In this document: piece by piece, positions 36,501-49,800 of the stretch | How positions within the stretch are numbered: the stretch's first letter is position 1 | Layout: every line of letters begins with the position of its first letter | DNA from: Bugula neritina | Taxonomy: Eukaryota > Animalia > Bryozoa | Direction: 5' to 3' | Assembly (NCBI GenBank): GCA_964035545.1 | Contig: OZ037768.1 | Coordinates: 4,682,741 to 4,746,740, forward strand | DNA: 64,000 nucleotides | Notes under the pieces: generated by a model | Database searches by the model: none | What the model saw: the letters and a program-made list of their open reading frames with translations, nothing else | What the model was told of the DNA's origin: nothing | Position numbers and translations under genes: made by a program

Positions 36501-39180
36501 TATTCCTATAAAAAGCAATTACTTTAAAATGTGACATTTTTAATTGGTAACCATTAACCTGTCTTTTGATGTCAAGTGCTTGGAGTACTCAAGTTGTTGG
36601 AATGCACTCTAGTATTCAGTTTGACTCCATGTAGGAAGAGGGAAAGTGAAAACCTGTTGATTAGATCATCTTGTTGTGATTGAATAATAATATACTTAGC
36701 AGATATTTGCTTAGTCATGAAAACAAATTAAAAACACAAAAATAAAAAGTCACAGCTGCAAGCTGATGAATAGAAAGGGGCAGACTTGAACTTAGTTTCT
36801 ATAGCTGTTTACCAAAAAGTCAGTTACAAGATAAGCCAAATCTGATAATAAATAAAGTTACATAAAAGTGGAAACAATATAAGCTGTATATTTAAAATGA
36901 GTAAATTATAATCAAGGCTTCTTTAATCACAGTTTTAAAAAGTTGCAGTCTCGGAGTTTAGAGTTTGAATGATTTCACTGCTAGCAATTACTAAAGCTCT
37001 GTGAGGAGTGGCTTTAGCTGTTACCGTCACTCCCACTTTGATCAACTGGAAGTTGCAAAGTAACATAAAATTAAAGTCTAAAAGCTGGGTGAGGTGTATG
37101 CAGGTTCGGTGGTTTCAGAAGATGCTCCTAACTAAAGGAGTGATATTTATATGTTATATGCAATACAAGAAGTAAGCCATTTTGGATAAGCTTAGTTTGT
37201 ACAGGTTACTGTTCGTAGATATTTTTATTATTTTGGTATAAGATTAGTTCGCAGTGACACACATAAGTAATTTATCACTTTATTATACCATGTCAGGGGT
37301 ACACTTGATAGAATAAAAACTAGCAGTTTTGAATCATACCTATTGAAAATAATTGTATTTTTGCACTAGTGTATCAGCAGATTAAATAAGCTGTCAAATA
37401 AAGAGAATATCACTCATTTATTTGCTATCCTGATACATGTCACGTATTGTTATTTGGAGGACCAGCTGTGGTCCATGATTGGATGGTGACTTTGATGGTG
37501 TAGATATGTCATTCCTTAGATTCTCCATGGATTTGGATTTAGTAGAGCTGATATTACAATCTTTGAAGGAAACTGTTATTCTAAAAGATATCAGATGTCA
37601 TATATTACGAAACTGAAACCACGCATAGAAATTTGAATAAAATTGAAGAGAATTGAATGGCCATTCACAGCTATTGGGTGTTCCTGTTTCTTCGTATTAG
37701 CCATGTTGCCTTATAGTGTGTGTGGTCGAAATTTATTCAGTACTGCTTTTAATTTCTATAATGATGTTGTTCACTATTAGTTTCAATAGTAAAAAACTAG
37801 AATGATTGAAAAATATATGTAAAAAAAATAATGTAATAAAAAAATGACATAGCTATATTATATTATGTAACATTTCTAAGGTATAAAAACTAGATATTTT
37901 TACTTTTCAAAGATTTTAATTGAAGATTTTCTTCACACTTCAGTATACATAATACAAGCGCTGGAGAACATTTGCATGGATGTATTCATAATTTTCATTT
38001 TCCACCAGTTTTTTTATATTTTATATTGTTATAAATATTAGAATAAAGATTTTAGTAAACTTTGAAAATTAAAAAAGATTTATGCATTTTGTTATAATGC
38101 TACAGAAAAGCTAAAGAACCATGAAAACATTATATTTTAGCTGAAAGGCTTGTATGCGTTTCACAGTTGAAAGTTTTTGTCTTTCAAACAAATTGCTGTT
38201 TGCAAAAATTCAAAATACAAAAATAGTCTAGTATCCCCATCAATATAATTAAATAATCATAAATTAGATTAGGAAATTTTTGATGAAAAAGTTTTTTTTG
38301 TCTTGACCACATTTAAGCTACCACTATGTAGTTTTGTTATTTATATACTATTTATCTGTCTGGCTGCATATTTGTTACTGTAAGCAGGTTTTGGTACTAA
38401 AATGATATTCAGATATGAAATAGTTTAGTCTGTTGAGTGTATCGGTGTGTTCAAGGTACTATTTCTGTTCCCTATTTATTAATATAGTGGCTTTCTTGGA
38501 ATAGTTTGTGACAAACACAGGATCTGCATTCACAGAGCATGAAATCATCTGAACAGGTAAGACTAAGATATAATCTGATAATACAATGTGCACATACAGT
38601 AATTCTGATGTGTGAAATTAAACCAGATTTTGTTATAATTATGGTATAGAAGTTATAATTTTTAATTTTGTGAGAGTTGAATTATTGCACTATACATCGT
38701 CTAAAGAGGCTAAATAGTATGCTGTTGACAACTAAAACAATATTTTTATGCAGCTGGTAAAAAATTCAACAACTATTCATTTGTTATACTGCAAATCATA
38801 TCATCTTCTAGTATGCTGAGTTAGTCCTGAAATCTCTTACAAGTAGAAAAGAGAATTTTACTGATATTTTGTACAACTCATCACTTTTGCAATCTGAAAG
38901 CTTTTTGAGGAAAAGGAAAAATTCCCTTTATTTTGCCAAATAATTTTTTCGGTGAATTTTGTTACCTTTGGTAGAGCTACAGTCTCTTGTCATACTCAGC
39001 GATATAATAGGCCTACAAATCTTGTTTAACTGTGTGAATGTGTAAATTTGTTGGCTGGCTATAGTTTTAATCAAAATTATATACTCGTATTTCATTATGC
39101 AATTGTATTGAATACTGGCATTATAGTCTTATTTCATATTCTTTTATTTTATTATATTCTAATATATCCCTATATTATGG

Positions 39181-39385
39181 AACAGCCATGGTCTAAAGGT
39201 TAGAGTGTTTGCTTTATAGTAAGCTCTAAGTCAAGGGTTCAAGCCCGACAAAGGCCATTGGTGATGTTAGGAAGAGCATACAGACATAATTGCTCCTGTG
39301 CCCCATTTGAACAAGTCCTTAGCCAGATTTAACAAAAACCCCTTCCATCAGGAGTTTCTCACAGGGATGGTGACTATAAACTTGT
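39181..39385 (+). mobile_element. tRNA-derived SINE, copy 1
   Basis: A-box-like TGGTCTAAAGG, B-box-like GGTTCAAGCCC, then GGCCATTGGTGATGTTAGGAAG..AATTGCTCCTGTG..CCATCAGG..TCTCACAGGGATGGTGACTATAA; related copies at 44.8 kb and 60.2 kb. Confidence 0.75.
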
Positions 39386-39399
39386 GTGAATTTTTTTTA

Positions 39400-39720
39400 A
39401 TATATTAATATATTGTATTATAGAGATATATTAATACCCCTATAATACAATATATATATAATAATTATATAATCTTAATATAATATAACGCAAGAATATA
39501 TTATAAGAACATGATATAATATCCCTACAATACAGGGATATAATATAAGAATTTTTTTATTATATCCCTGTATTGTATAATATTATTTTATTGTATTATA
39601 TTATTATATTCTTATATTCTCCTATACATTCTTAAATTATATTGTATTTTATTATATTTTTATACTATTATATTGTTGCGTTGTGATATATTCTTCTATT
39701 ATGTTATATTATAACATAAT
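39400..39720. repeat. AT-rich foldback region
   Basis: Stem TACAATACAGGGATATAAT ... ATTATATCCCTGTATTGTA (~39526-39577) within looser inverted arms (ACGCAAGAATATA ... TATATTGTTGCGT). Confidence 0.6.
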
Positions 39721-41977
39721 GAGAAAGGGCTCGGTTTAAGTAACAAATTTATTTTACTTTTGGACATCTTTGTCCAGATTTAGTGGCCAGTATTACGAGA
39801 ATTACTACCATAGAAACAGATTTAGCTGTACAACTTCTACATCAATTTTATTACATAATGTTGTCTGTAGATGTGGTTATGTGTATATATCCAGAGAATA
39901 TCAACCAGCTGAAAGTATCTTAACTCAGCAAAAATATCCCCACAGAAGCTTGACAAATTTTTAACAAGTTTTTAAATCAAAATAACAAGCACTTTATTTT
40001 ACAGATTAACAGCTTATTATACTGCAGATATTTAGGCAAACTACAACTCTGCCCCCCCCCCCAACCCCTATGTGCTAGGTGTTGAATCTAGGTCTACAGG
40101 ATGAAAGAAGAGTGGAATGAAAAGGTAACGTATAATGAGACACAATGCTGAGCTGTAATAAATATAATAATTTTTGCTAATGAATTTTTACTATGTTTAC
40201 AACAAAAGATGGCAATTTAGAGCAATGAGAAACTCCTTTAAGCTTACAGAGAATACTTTTGTAGAACTTTCTAGCATTTCAAATTATATACCCACTAAAT
40301 CCAGTATCTAACAAATTTTAAATTTTAAGTAACAAGTCTCTAAAATGTTTTAAGAGCGTCTATTTTAAGTGTTTATGTGTTCGTTATGAACCTGATTTCT
40401 ATTAGATCTCAATGGCTTGACCTTCAAGCACCTTACGGGCAGCCCCGGGGTTATTTTGTAGTAACAACGAGCTAATTATTCTATTCAGTAATATTTTATT
40501 CCACCCCGGAAAAAATATTGAATTGTGAATTGGTAGATTCTATTGTGAAATAACTTTTTTTTTAAAAAGTGAAGGTTATTTCGAAAATGGTAATTGGGTC
40601 ATAATATGGATTATAGTTAATAATTTTGGGAGTTAGCAGGGGGTGACTTTATAAAGTATAATTTATTTATTCAAGTATAACTCGGCTCAATATTACAACA
40701 TGTACAGATTTAGTTCTATGCACTTAGATTATATTAGCAATGCAAATTCATTATGATTCACTCGAAAGATACGCATAGCAATAGCTTTGATTGAGGGACA
40801 GGTAGTCTAGATAAAAGTTACATAAACTGATACTGGCAAAAAATGTGTACCTCTTTTTTCTGGGAATATGAGGCAAGTAGCAGTAATCTCAATATTTAAA
40901 TATTTCCTCTAATAATAACACTAACAATATACTTGTAATATATGTATATGTATATATATCTGTGTACAGCAGCTGTTTCAGGGTTAGTATTTACATATTT
41001 ATATATGCTATTATTTTATCATGTTTAGACCTACAGTTTGTTCATATAAACAATGACACATGAGCAATAAGCAATGTAAAATGTTTGAGATTTCAAAGCA
41101 AATAGATTGATAAATATAAATTGATTAACCCTAGAGCTTTGTGTCTCAATTATAGTGGAACTGCTAAATTTTTGCAAGATTCATAAATTTAAGTGTTCCA
41201 AAAAAAGGTATACTTTGTTATTACTGTTACCAACAATGCAATTTAGCAGATATAACTTATTCAAAAGATCATAAACATCAACCATTGAAATAATTAAATA
41301 TCCATTTGAAATAGGATTACATAAATAGTTAATCAATAATCATTGATTACATAACAAAGGAAATGCCATTACCCATGAGTCAAAATACAAAAAATACAAG
41401 GTGTCAAAAACTAAGTTAACCAAAAGTTTTTAATTTGTAGTGAATACTTCAATAGAAACACACATTTTTTTCACAATTCATCAAATGCTCTCTCAAAATG
41501 TTTAGCTTTTTGCTAATGAAATCAATCCCAGTCAACACTCAGCAGCTGTTAGTATATAATATATGAGATAAAGAGCTAGACAGAAAGCACTAATTTAGAA
41601 ATAATAAATTCCATTCCATAAGTAAACCACCAACAAACATCTGGTGAGCAAATACATTTTGAAAAGCATGACAAAAATTCAGAGAAATGCAGATAAAAAT
41701 GCCCTTTTATTTATAAACAAATAACATAGAATGATTAGTTTTATAGATTAGGGAGCCCAGAGTTTAACCCAAAGACTATGTACTTTGGTATGGAACAAAA
41801 ATATACTAAGCAAAACAACATGCATGTCACTTGATAATATTGTAAGTTGAACTACAAACTGGATGCGGGCCATTATTTCTCAACATTTTTGGCACTCATC
41901 ATAAATGGTTTTGCAATAACAGCTATTGCAAAACCAACAGAATAGCAACAATTTATTAAGTCACTGTGGCACTCCTT

Positions 41978-42183
<206 letters not shown>

Positions 42184-44784
42184 CACATTATTATTTTACA
42201 TCGATATTAATTTATCACCGTGTACAGAAAATTCCAATGCTGATTTTACAATTCTTCAAAAACAAATTGCCAAGTTTTTAAATTTAAGCAATATCATTGT
42301 TAAATTTCACAACCAGTACTTCCTCCTCAAGATAATTTACCAACAGCTTCCACTATAATAATATGTTGTTGACACCACCTTTCAAACAACTGCTACAATG
42401 TCTACAAACTTTGGATTCTAGCAACTTTTGAAAACTAAAGTAAAGTAACTGTACCATCACTTCTTCTTGTATGTGTAAAATTATGGCTTTGTTTTATTTC
42501 CTATATTGAAATTATATCCCTTGACTTAAAGTTCAGCTGGACATATTATTTTGAAAACCACAAATGAGCTTTAGATATGGTCATTTTCTAAAATATAAAA
42601 TAGTGGCAACACCAATAAATTTTAGATACAAGTGACCGAGTGAAATGAAAAAGTTTGATTCATCTGGGAATTAGGCAAAAACTAACCAGGGCATAACGGT
42701 GAAAGGTGAACAAAGGTGAAAGAAACAGTAAATTCCAGAAATAAACTTCTGTAAAGAAAATCCAGTTCAGTTTGTAAGAATACATGTTTTTTTAGTAAAA
42801 TCAGCTAACAAACCGCCACTCCTAATCAATTTACCCTAACAGCGTATAGGAGCAAGATGCTTATCCTTAATGTCATTACATTCACAGTGCTTCGTAAATA
42901 AAAAAGATTAGTACATCCTTGTTGAATCAGAAGGCTTGAGCTGTCAACAGAATAGTTTTATTTATTGTAACAACAGACCTTGCATCAATAAACAACCAGC
43001 AACGCGAAAATACTTTCTAATGCCAACATCCTGGAATGTAAAGCTAGTACCACAGCACAAAAGTAGACAAGTACCTGCTAGCTTTTGACAGCAGTTACCA
43101 GGTCTTCTGATCAATGCACATGATGCTATTTTGTAGTTTGCACCATCAGCTACAGCTGTGAATATTTAGATCTAGTTTGGCACTAAATAAGTTCAATTAT
43201 GTCAAATGCAGTTCATCTGGTCTACTGCTACTCTGCTGCACAGGGCCCTACATGTTCCAGAACATTCTAAATTGACGGGTGTCTTGACAAAATTAGAAAA
43301 CCCGTTTCAAATTTGTTTTCATGATTACATACCAAGTTTGCTGGATAAATTACCACCTTTAAGGCATGTTTTGTTTATTATAATGCAATGTATAGTAGTA
43401 ATAACTGCTTAGAATTTGCATCTTTAATTATATTGATAAACACTGATCTATTCTAAAAAGCAGAGTATTCAAATTAATAAAATTATACTAAAATTCATCT
43501 AAGCTTGCAAATCAAAGTATAGACAGATATTGCAGTATGTTTGGTGTTAGCTTGTTCCCACCTCTTCTTATTTAGATTTTAAATGTTTGACTAGAAATAC
43601 AGCTAAACCTTTTCCTAAATTAGCTGTCAAATATATTGAAATTGTGAACATTTCAAATGCTTGTTCAGACTTAATATTATAATAAATCAAATGCATTTAA
43701 AGTAAGAATTTAGAGCAATTTGCTTGAAAACAAATTACCCTTGTAATGATCCCATCTTTGATTTTACAAGGAACTTGTAGGAATTTGAACCGTCATCGTT
43801 ACTCCTCCATCCTGGTTCAGCTGCAGGTGGTAATGGTCAACATTGCGAAAATATTTTAAGGTGGCATTATGTTGTCAAAAACTGGGTCACTGATTTCTTG
43901 TTTGCTATACTCTAGATCAAATGTTTAAATAAATATTTACAAGGTTCTAACGCTACATAAATAAATATTAAAATTTACAAAGTTTTAACACCATAACATA
44001 AATAAATACTAATGTTTGCAAGATTTTAACACTACATAATTATATGCAATGTTAGATATTGGCTTGTACTATATGCTCTTTATGTTTACCTCTTGAGAAA
44101 GAAAGAACTATTAGTTAATAGTACATGGTATTTCAACTTTAACTGTATATGTAAATTGATTTTAAAGAAACAATAAATCATTAAAACCTGTAACTTTTTG
44201 TAGACTGGTCTTACAAACCTGGCCTGATGGTGGTGCATGTTTTGATGGGTAGAATTAAACATGATTTTTGAAAAACCCATTCATCAATGGAATAAGATTT
44301 ATCCCTTTTGAAAACAATAAATCTCTCCTTTACACTTGAAAAGCTTTTATCTGCAGTGAATCATTGAAGGAAGAAGTACCATAACATGCCTTTCAGTTTA
44401 GTTCAGAATGTAGGCTTCTTCATAACTTATCCCACTGAGGTCGGCTTCCATGGCTTGTTTTTAATCATTTACATTGATATACTTTCTACTGACACACTTC
44501 ACTATATTATATTTTCAATATTTAACTTGTTTTGCTAGATTTGATCAGCCAGTAAAAAGTATTTCATTATAAAACTTGTGTATCAGTGTATGCTGATTGA
44601 TCAAACCCATCTAAAAAATTATATATATATATATATAGTACCTACATGAAGCTCAATTTTCTCAGAACATTTTGAGCACTATTTGATAACTAGTATTACA
44701 ATATATTTTACATATTATATATATATATATATATATATATAATATGGTCTGCACAGCACATAATTAGTCAACCAAAACCTCAAG

Positions 44785-44977
44785 TAGGTTTACAGTTGCC
44801 ATCCCTGTGAGAACCCCTGATGGAAAGGGCTTTAAGCAGGCTAAGAACTTATTTTCTACAATAGCAAATAAGCAATTATGGCTGAGTGCCCTCCCTAACA
44901 TCACCAATGGCCTTCACTGGGATTTGAACTACTGACCTTGTGTTTCCTAAGCCAGTGCCCTGGCGACTAGGCCACTC
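44785..44977 (-). mobile_element. tRNA-derived SINE, copy 2
   Basis: Reverse-complement match to copy 1 (CCATCCCTGTGAGAA..CTGATGGAA..CCTAACATCACCAATGGCCTT..TTTGAAC..TGACCTTG..GACTAGGCCAC). Confidence 0.72.
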
Positions 44978-46826
44978 AAATAGTTAATCACAAATAAGTT
45001 TTCTTATTTTTAAATAATAAAGTGATTGATATGTTTTTACATGCAAATTAAATATCTTGAAACTACCTAAGCACTTTATTGAAATTTAGCATTTATTGTG
45101 TTCAGTATTTCAATATGCTTCTCTAAGTTATTTTATTTATAAATAAATCTTAGTCCAAATAGGTATATTTCTATTTTTAATTTAATAGGCAAATGGTATA
45201 GGCTGTATGACGAAATGAGTGTTAAGATTTTACATTGTGTAGATTAGTACAAACTTTAACCCTTGTGCGGTCTAACCACAAATGTTTTGTTGAACTTTAC
45301 TAAATAGCTCATTGTATAAACCAGCTCTAACAAAAGGCCATTTTTCACATGCATGTCTGAATTGCTAATTTTAAAAATATTGCAACTTTTTTGCTTATTC
45401 AGCATAATATTTATCTCATGGTATTAAATAAACCATAAAATTCACCAATGCCTGTTGATTTCTGGAAATGCATAGCTTCACCAGTGAATTTTGTCTAGTT
45501 GATAGACGACATGAAGCAACACATAAAGCAGTCACATGCATAGTATTCCGTTGCCGACTTAAACATTACTTACATGAAAATTCATAATACCTTGTCTAAA
45601 TTTCCTGTTTGTACTTTGACCTGTTTTAATGTCAACTTGCTTCCTTATGAATCTTTCAAATGCTATTTTCAAATGTACAGCAAAATTATCAAACTGATAG
45701 TCAGAAATGCAGAAGCAGAATATTTGAATTGCAATAGCTTCTTTTTCTTATTTTTTTAAATTATGAAAAAAGAAATAGCAGTTTATAAATTCCGATTTCA
45801 AGATTTATGTCTCACGATAGAGAATCTTAAGACATTTTGGTTTTTAGCTGTTATTGCCAACAAAACACTTGAATTTCTACAAAATAATGAGCAGTGAGCT
45901 GCTTACAAAGTGAAAAAAGATTCAATCAAATGCACATAAGATATCATGTTTGACACTCTGTATTGTGTCTACTAAATACTTGAATGTACATAAAACATTT
46001 CGCTTGGTGGTAGTGAATTTAGAGTTAACAAACTTTCGGCAATCTCGAAAGGCGTTTATAATAATAATATTTGCTTTAAAATTTTATCAATTCTTTTTCT
46101 TTTGCAAATAGAAATTCATGAAATGCAAATTCTATTTATGGTGTAGAGAACTTGATATATTTATTAATTTATTATTTTGTAATATAATTGTTTAGAAATA
46201 TTTCCTGTGATAGAGTTTGAAAGCCATGACTATGTGCATAACATGTCGTTACCTGGTGACTTGGTATACATTCAAATCACAAGATCACCTCACTTTTCAT
46301 GTATTCCTTTGTATTGTTATTAGAATTATTGATCTAGCATTTTGTCTTTTGTATTGATGGTAGAAAAATAATCAATTATTTATTAATATTCAGTTGATTT
46401 CTAATACAACGCACCATGTGTTTTTTATTATTTATGCCAATTCTTTTGTTTTAAGAGATGGTATAATGGAAATCAATACAGTGACGCAAGCTCATCCAGC
46501 TACATCGCGCAGTGCTCGGCGCGGTGTGGATGGTGTTGCATGCTTTTAGGTCTTTTTGAGGTGTTTTCAAGTTTTTGGCGTGTGCCATTTACTTGTTGTT
46601 TGCTAGCTGCAGTGGTGTGTGTGTCGAGCACTCTGCGAGAATGTCTGTGTGTTTTGTGTCTCTTACATCTTCTCTCCTCTCCTCCTCTTCTTACATAGTC
46701 ATTACACTTTGCTTTGCAGGTTGAGATTCTTCAGAGGTTAGTCGACAGTATCGTTCCATCAAAACTTTTCAACTGTTTTGGCTCATTACACTTGAGTTCA
46801 TGCAGGTTTTACTTCCCATTTTGTAG

Positions 46827-49800
46827 AAAAGTTTGTAGTGCCACCAGGTGCTTATGTGAGAAATGCTGACTATTACTGGTCGTTCAACGAGTATGTCGAC
46901 AGCGGCTCTGTCCAGATCTTCCAAAACACGGGAGAATATAGCTTCGGTTTATTCAACGCCAGGTAAGCACTTCACTTGTTTATTATCCTAACCTTTGGTA
47001 AGATGAAATTTATTAACGGATGTAATATTTTCTAAAATTACAATCTAATTTACTATTTAAATATTCATCACTTGATAAATCTAAACTTTTCTGTCATGTT
47101 ATTTAAATCACTGTATGTTTTTTAATTAAATTAATTCTGTTTTTTGCTCTAAATATGTAAATCATTTGTGTCTGATTTCTATGCAATAAAGGTGAGTTTA
47201 ACAAACAACTTGATGAAACTTCAATAAATAAAATTGTTTATTTATATTATTGTAAATGGTAATTCATATCTTTTAATTATTCTTGCCATTTCTTATAGTG
47301 CAAGCTTTATAGAGCAAAGAAATGACTCCATTCTGAACGGCAGCACTTGGTATACAGTCAAGTTTGACAAGATCAGAAAGCAATGTATTACGGTATGAAG
47401 CTCAACTCTGTCTCATATTCTTACAGAGAAATTGTAAACTAGTTTGATTCAAGTTGTTTTGAAAATGGCATTCATCAAAATTTGTTTCTCACAGATACCT
47501 GGTTTCATGGGCAATCATTCGTGTATCGTCAACCCTGCAACATGCGAAGAGGGACTCTCCATGGAGGTTTGGGTTAAACTGCAGATGTCAGACTTAACTT
47601 CTGAGGAAACACAAGTCATAGCTTCTGCAGGTTAGAACTAAAAATGCTGAAAACTTATAAGCAAATAAAATATTAATAATTTTGACAGATTTGTAGCAAT
47701 ATTTTAAGCATTTTAATGTAAGATTTGTAGTATAGATGTTGTACGTATTTGTTTATGGAGTAAATACCTGCCGTCAGTCTTTTTGTCCATTCTGTTTTGT
47801 TTAAATTATTTAACAATTATGTAAAGTACCACTTCAGTTTCATGGCAAAAAGCATGTTGATCACCACAATATATGGTGCTATCTAGCAATTGGACGATTG
47901 TGTAGAAATTTTCATTAGCCTATATTGGTTATCACTATTGAAAGCACAACTCCTAATTTTGTTGGCATAATTTGGAATTATCTTTTTCTTGTTGAGCTTC
48001 AAATTCCTTGTTTATACCAGTTCATGTTTAAACAATCAATTTAGAAAATTATTTTTACTTTTCATTTACATTTTTCCTCAGTAACCCTGGTTTTTTATCT
48101 AAGACAGCAAGCGAATATGTAAAACTAAAGTTGACAACATGATACATGATGAGTTACATGTAAGTCACACTCAAAGGTGACTCATTTCTCATTATAAAAA
48201 ATTTGTGCGGCATTTAAGTCAAGGCCTAGTATAACCAGATGTGAATTGTCAAAACTTGGCAACCATGTTAAGTCATGATTTGACAGTAAAACAAAATTAT
48301 AATTCAATTAAAAGCTCTAAGTTGTAAGCTCATTGTGCTTGATCAAAATAACCAAAAAAACGGGCCCTTTTTGGTAGAAAGGATCACATATTGTAAAGCT
48401 AGTCTATATAAGAACCATGCATTGTAGCATGTAATGTTATTTTGTATTCTACAGTACTGACATCTTCTATTTCTTTCAACAGGCAATTCAGATGGTAAGA
48501 AATATTAACTCATAAGTTTTATTTTTTCCTCTGCTTTGTGTGTACATCTTGAAGCTTCTTCAGATTTTAACATGAGCAGACAATTTCCTTTTACTTTTAA
48601 GCACGAGAAAGAAACTCCCTATTATTTATATAATTACTCAAAATAATTGTTAGCCCCTGTTCCAATGATAGACACATGTTTGTTAGCAGCTGTAGTATCT
48701 TTTCTTCTGCTTTTATTCACTGACAACACCCACTGGCATATACTAAAGCTCTCACAATGTGTTGAAAGTTTTTTCACCTGGTAACTTCCTGTATCACTTG
48801 TTCCAAAGCATACTACACACGAGTATTAAACATGTGTACTATATATGAGTATAATACACATGAGTATCTGTCGTAGATGGAGGTACTGGTGGGTTTACAA
48901 TTTCTCTGCTTGGCAAGAAGCTCACACTTCTCATAGCAACTAGCGATGAGTTCTGGAAAGTGGAGAAAAATCTTCCTTCTGTTGTGGTGGCTGATGAGTG
49001 GTTTAACCTTGGCTTCCGTTGGGAGAGGACTGGTGGCGTTGGCTTGCAAGTGAGTGTGAACAGCATTCAACTTATAAATATTAGTCAGTATTACTGCATT
49101 TAAAGGTTGTTTGTGGTGATGTATAACATTATTGCTATACAATATTTTAAAGAACAAGCTACAAAAAGCTTTTAGCTAAATAGCTAAGGTTTCATGTACA
49201 TCCTGATTTCACTCGCGATCTGTACTTATCAACTAGCTAACATGTTCTGTGCACAATGAATCTTACAGCTTGTAATCTGTAGTTTAGTGTATATACATAC
49301 AAGTATATACTGTAAACAAATACTGCATAAATGCTGTAGAGAAGTACTGTTGAGATATACTGTAGAATGATACTGTAGACAAATAGGTGCTAGTCATTTA
49401 TTCACTAACCTATTACTAAAATATATGCTTTTTAGTTTTTCTTTAATATTTAACATGTATCGTAAGTTTGAATGCTTTGATTGTTGTCATCATATTCTAA
49501 AGGTGTTCATCAATGGCGAGTTGTTTGAAGAAATTCCATACTCATCTCCAAGTCCAGCCATCGAAATGCCTGCAGATAACAAGCTGTATGTAGGATGTCG
49601 TAAGCTGGGCTTCAGTTCGTCTCTTCAGGATTACCTGGATGTTGAGCTCGATGAGCTTGCTTTCTGGGGAAAATACTTGACGGACGGACAACTGCTTTGG
49701 TTAACTGGTGCTATCAGTGAGTTCTTACCTGCTGTATGGTACTCATATGTGGTAGTTGTCTTATAGTTATACCTATGGTGCAATACCTAGGTAAACAGAA

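Noticed and set aside
39181-39260. Possible tRNA gene
   Set aside because: A/B boxes are present but there is no clean cloverleaf, and it continues into a body shared with two other dispersed copies; it is a SINE head.
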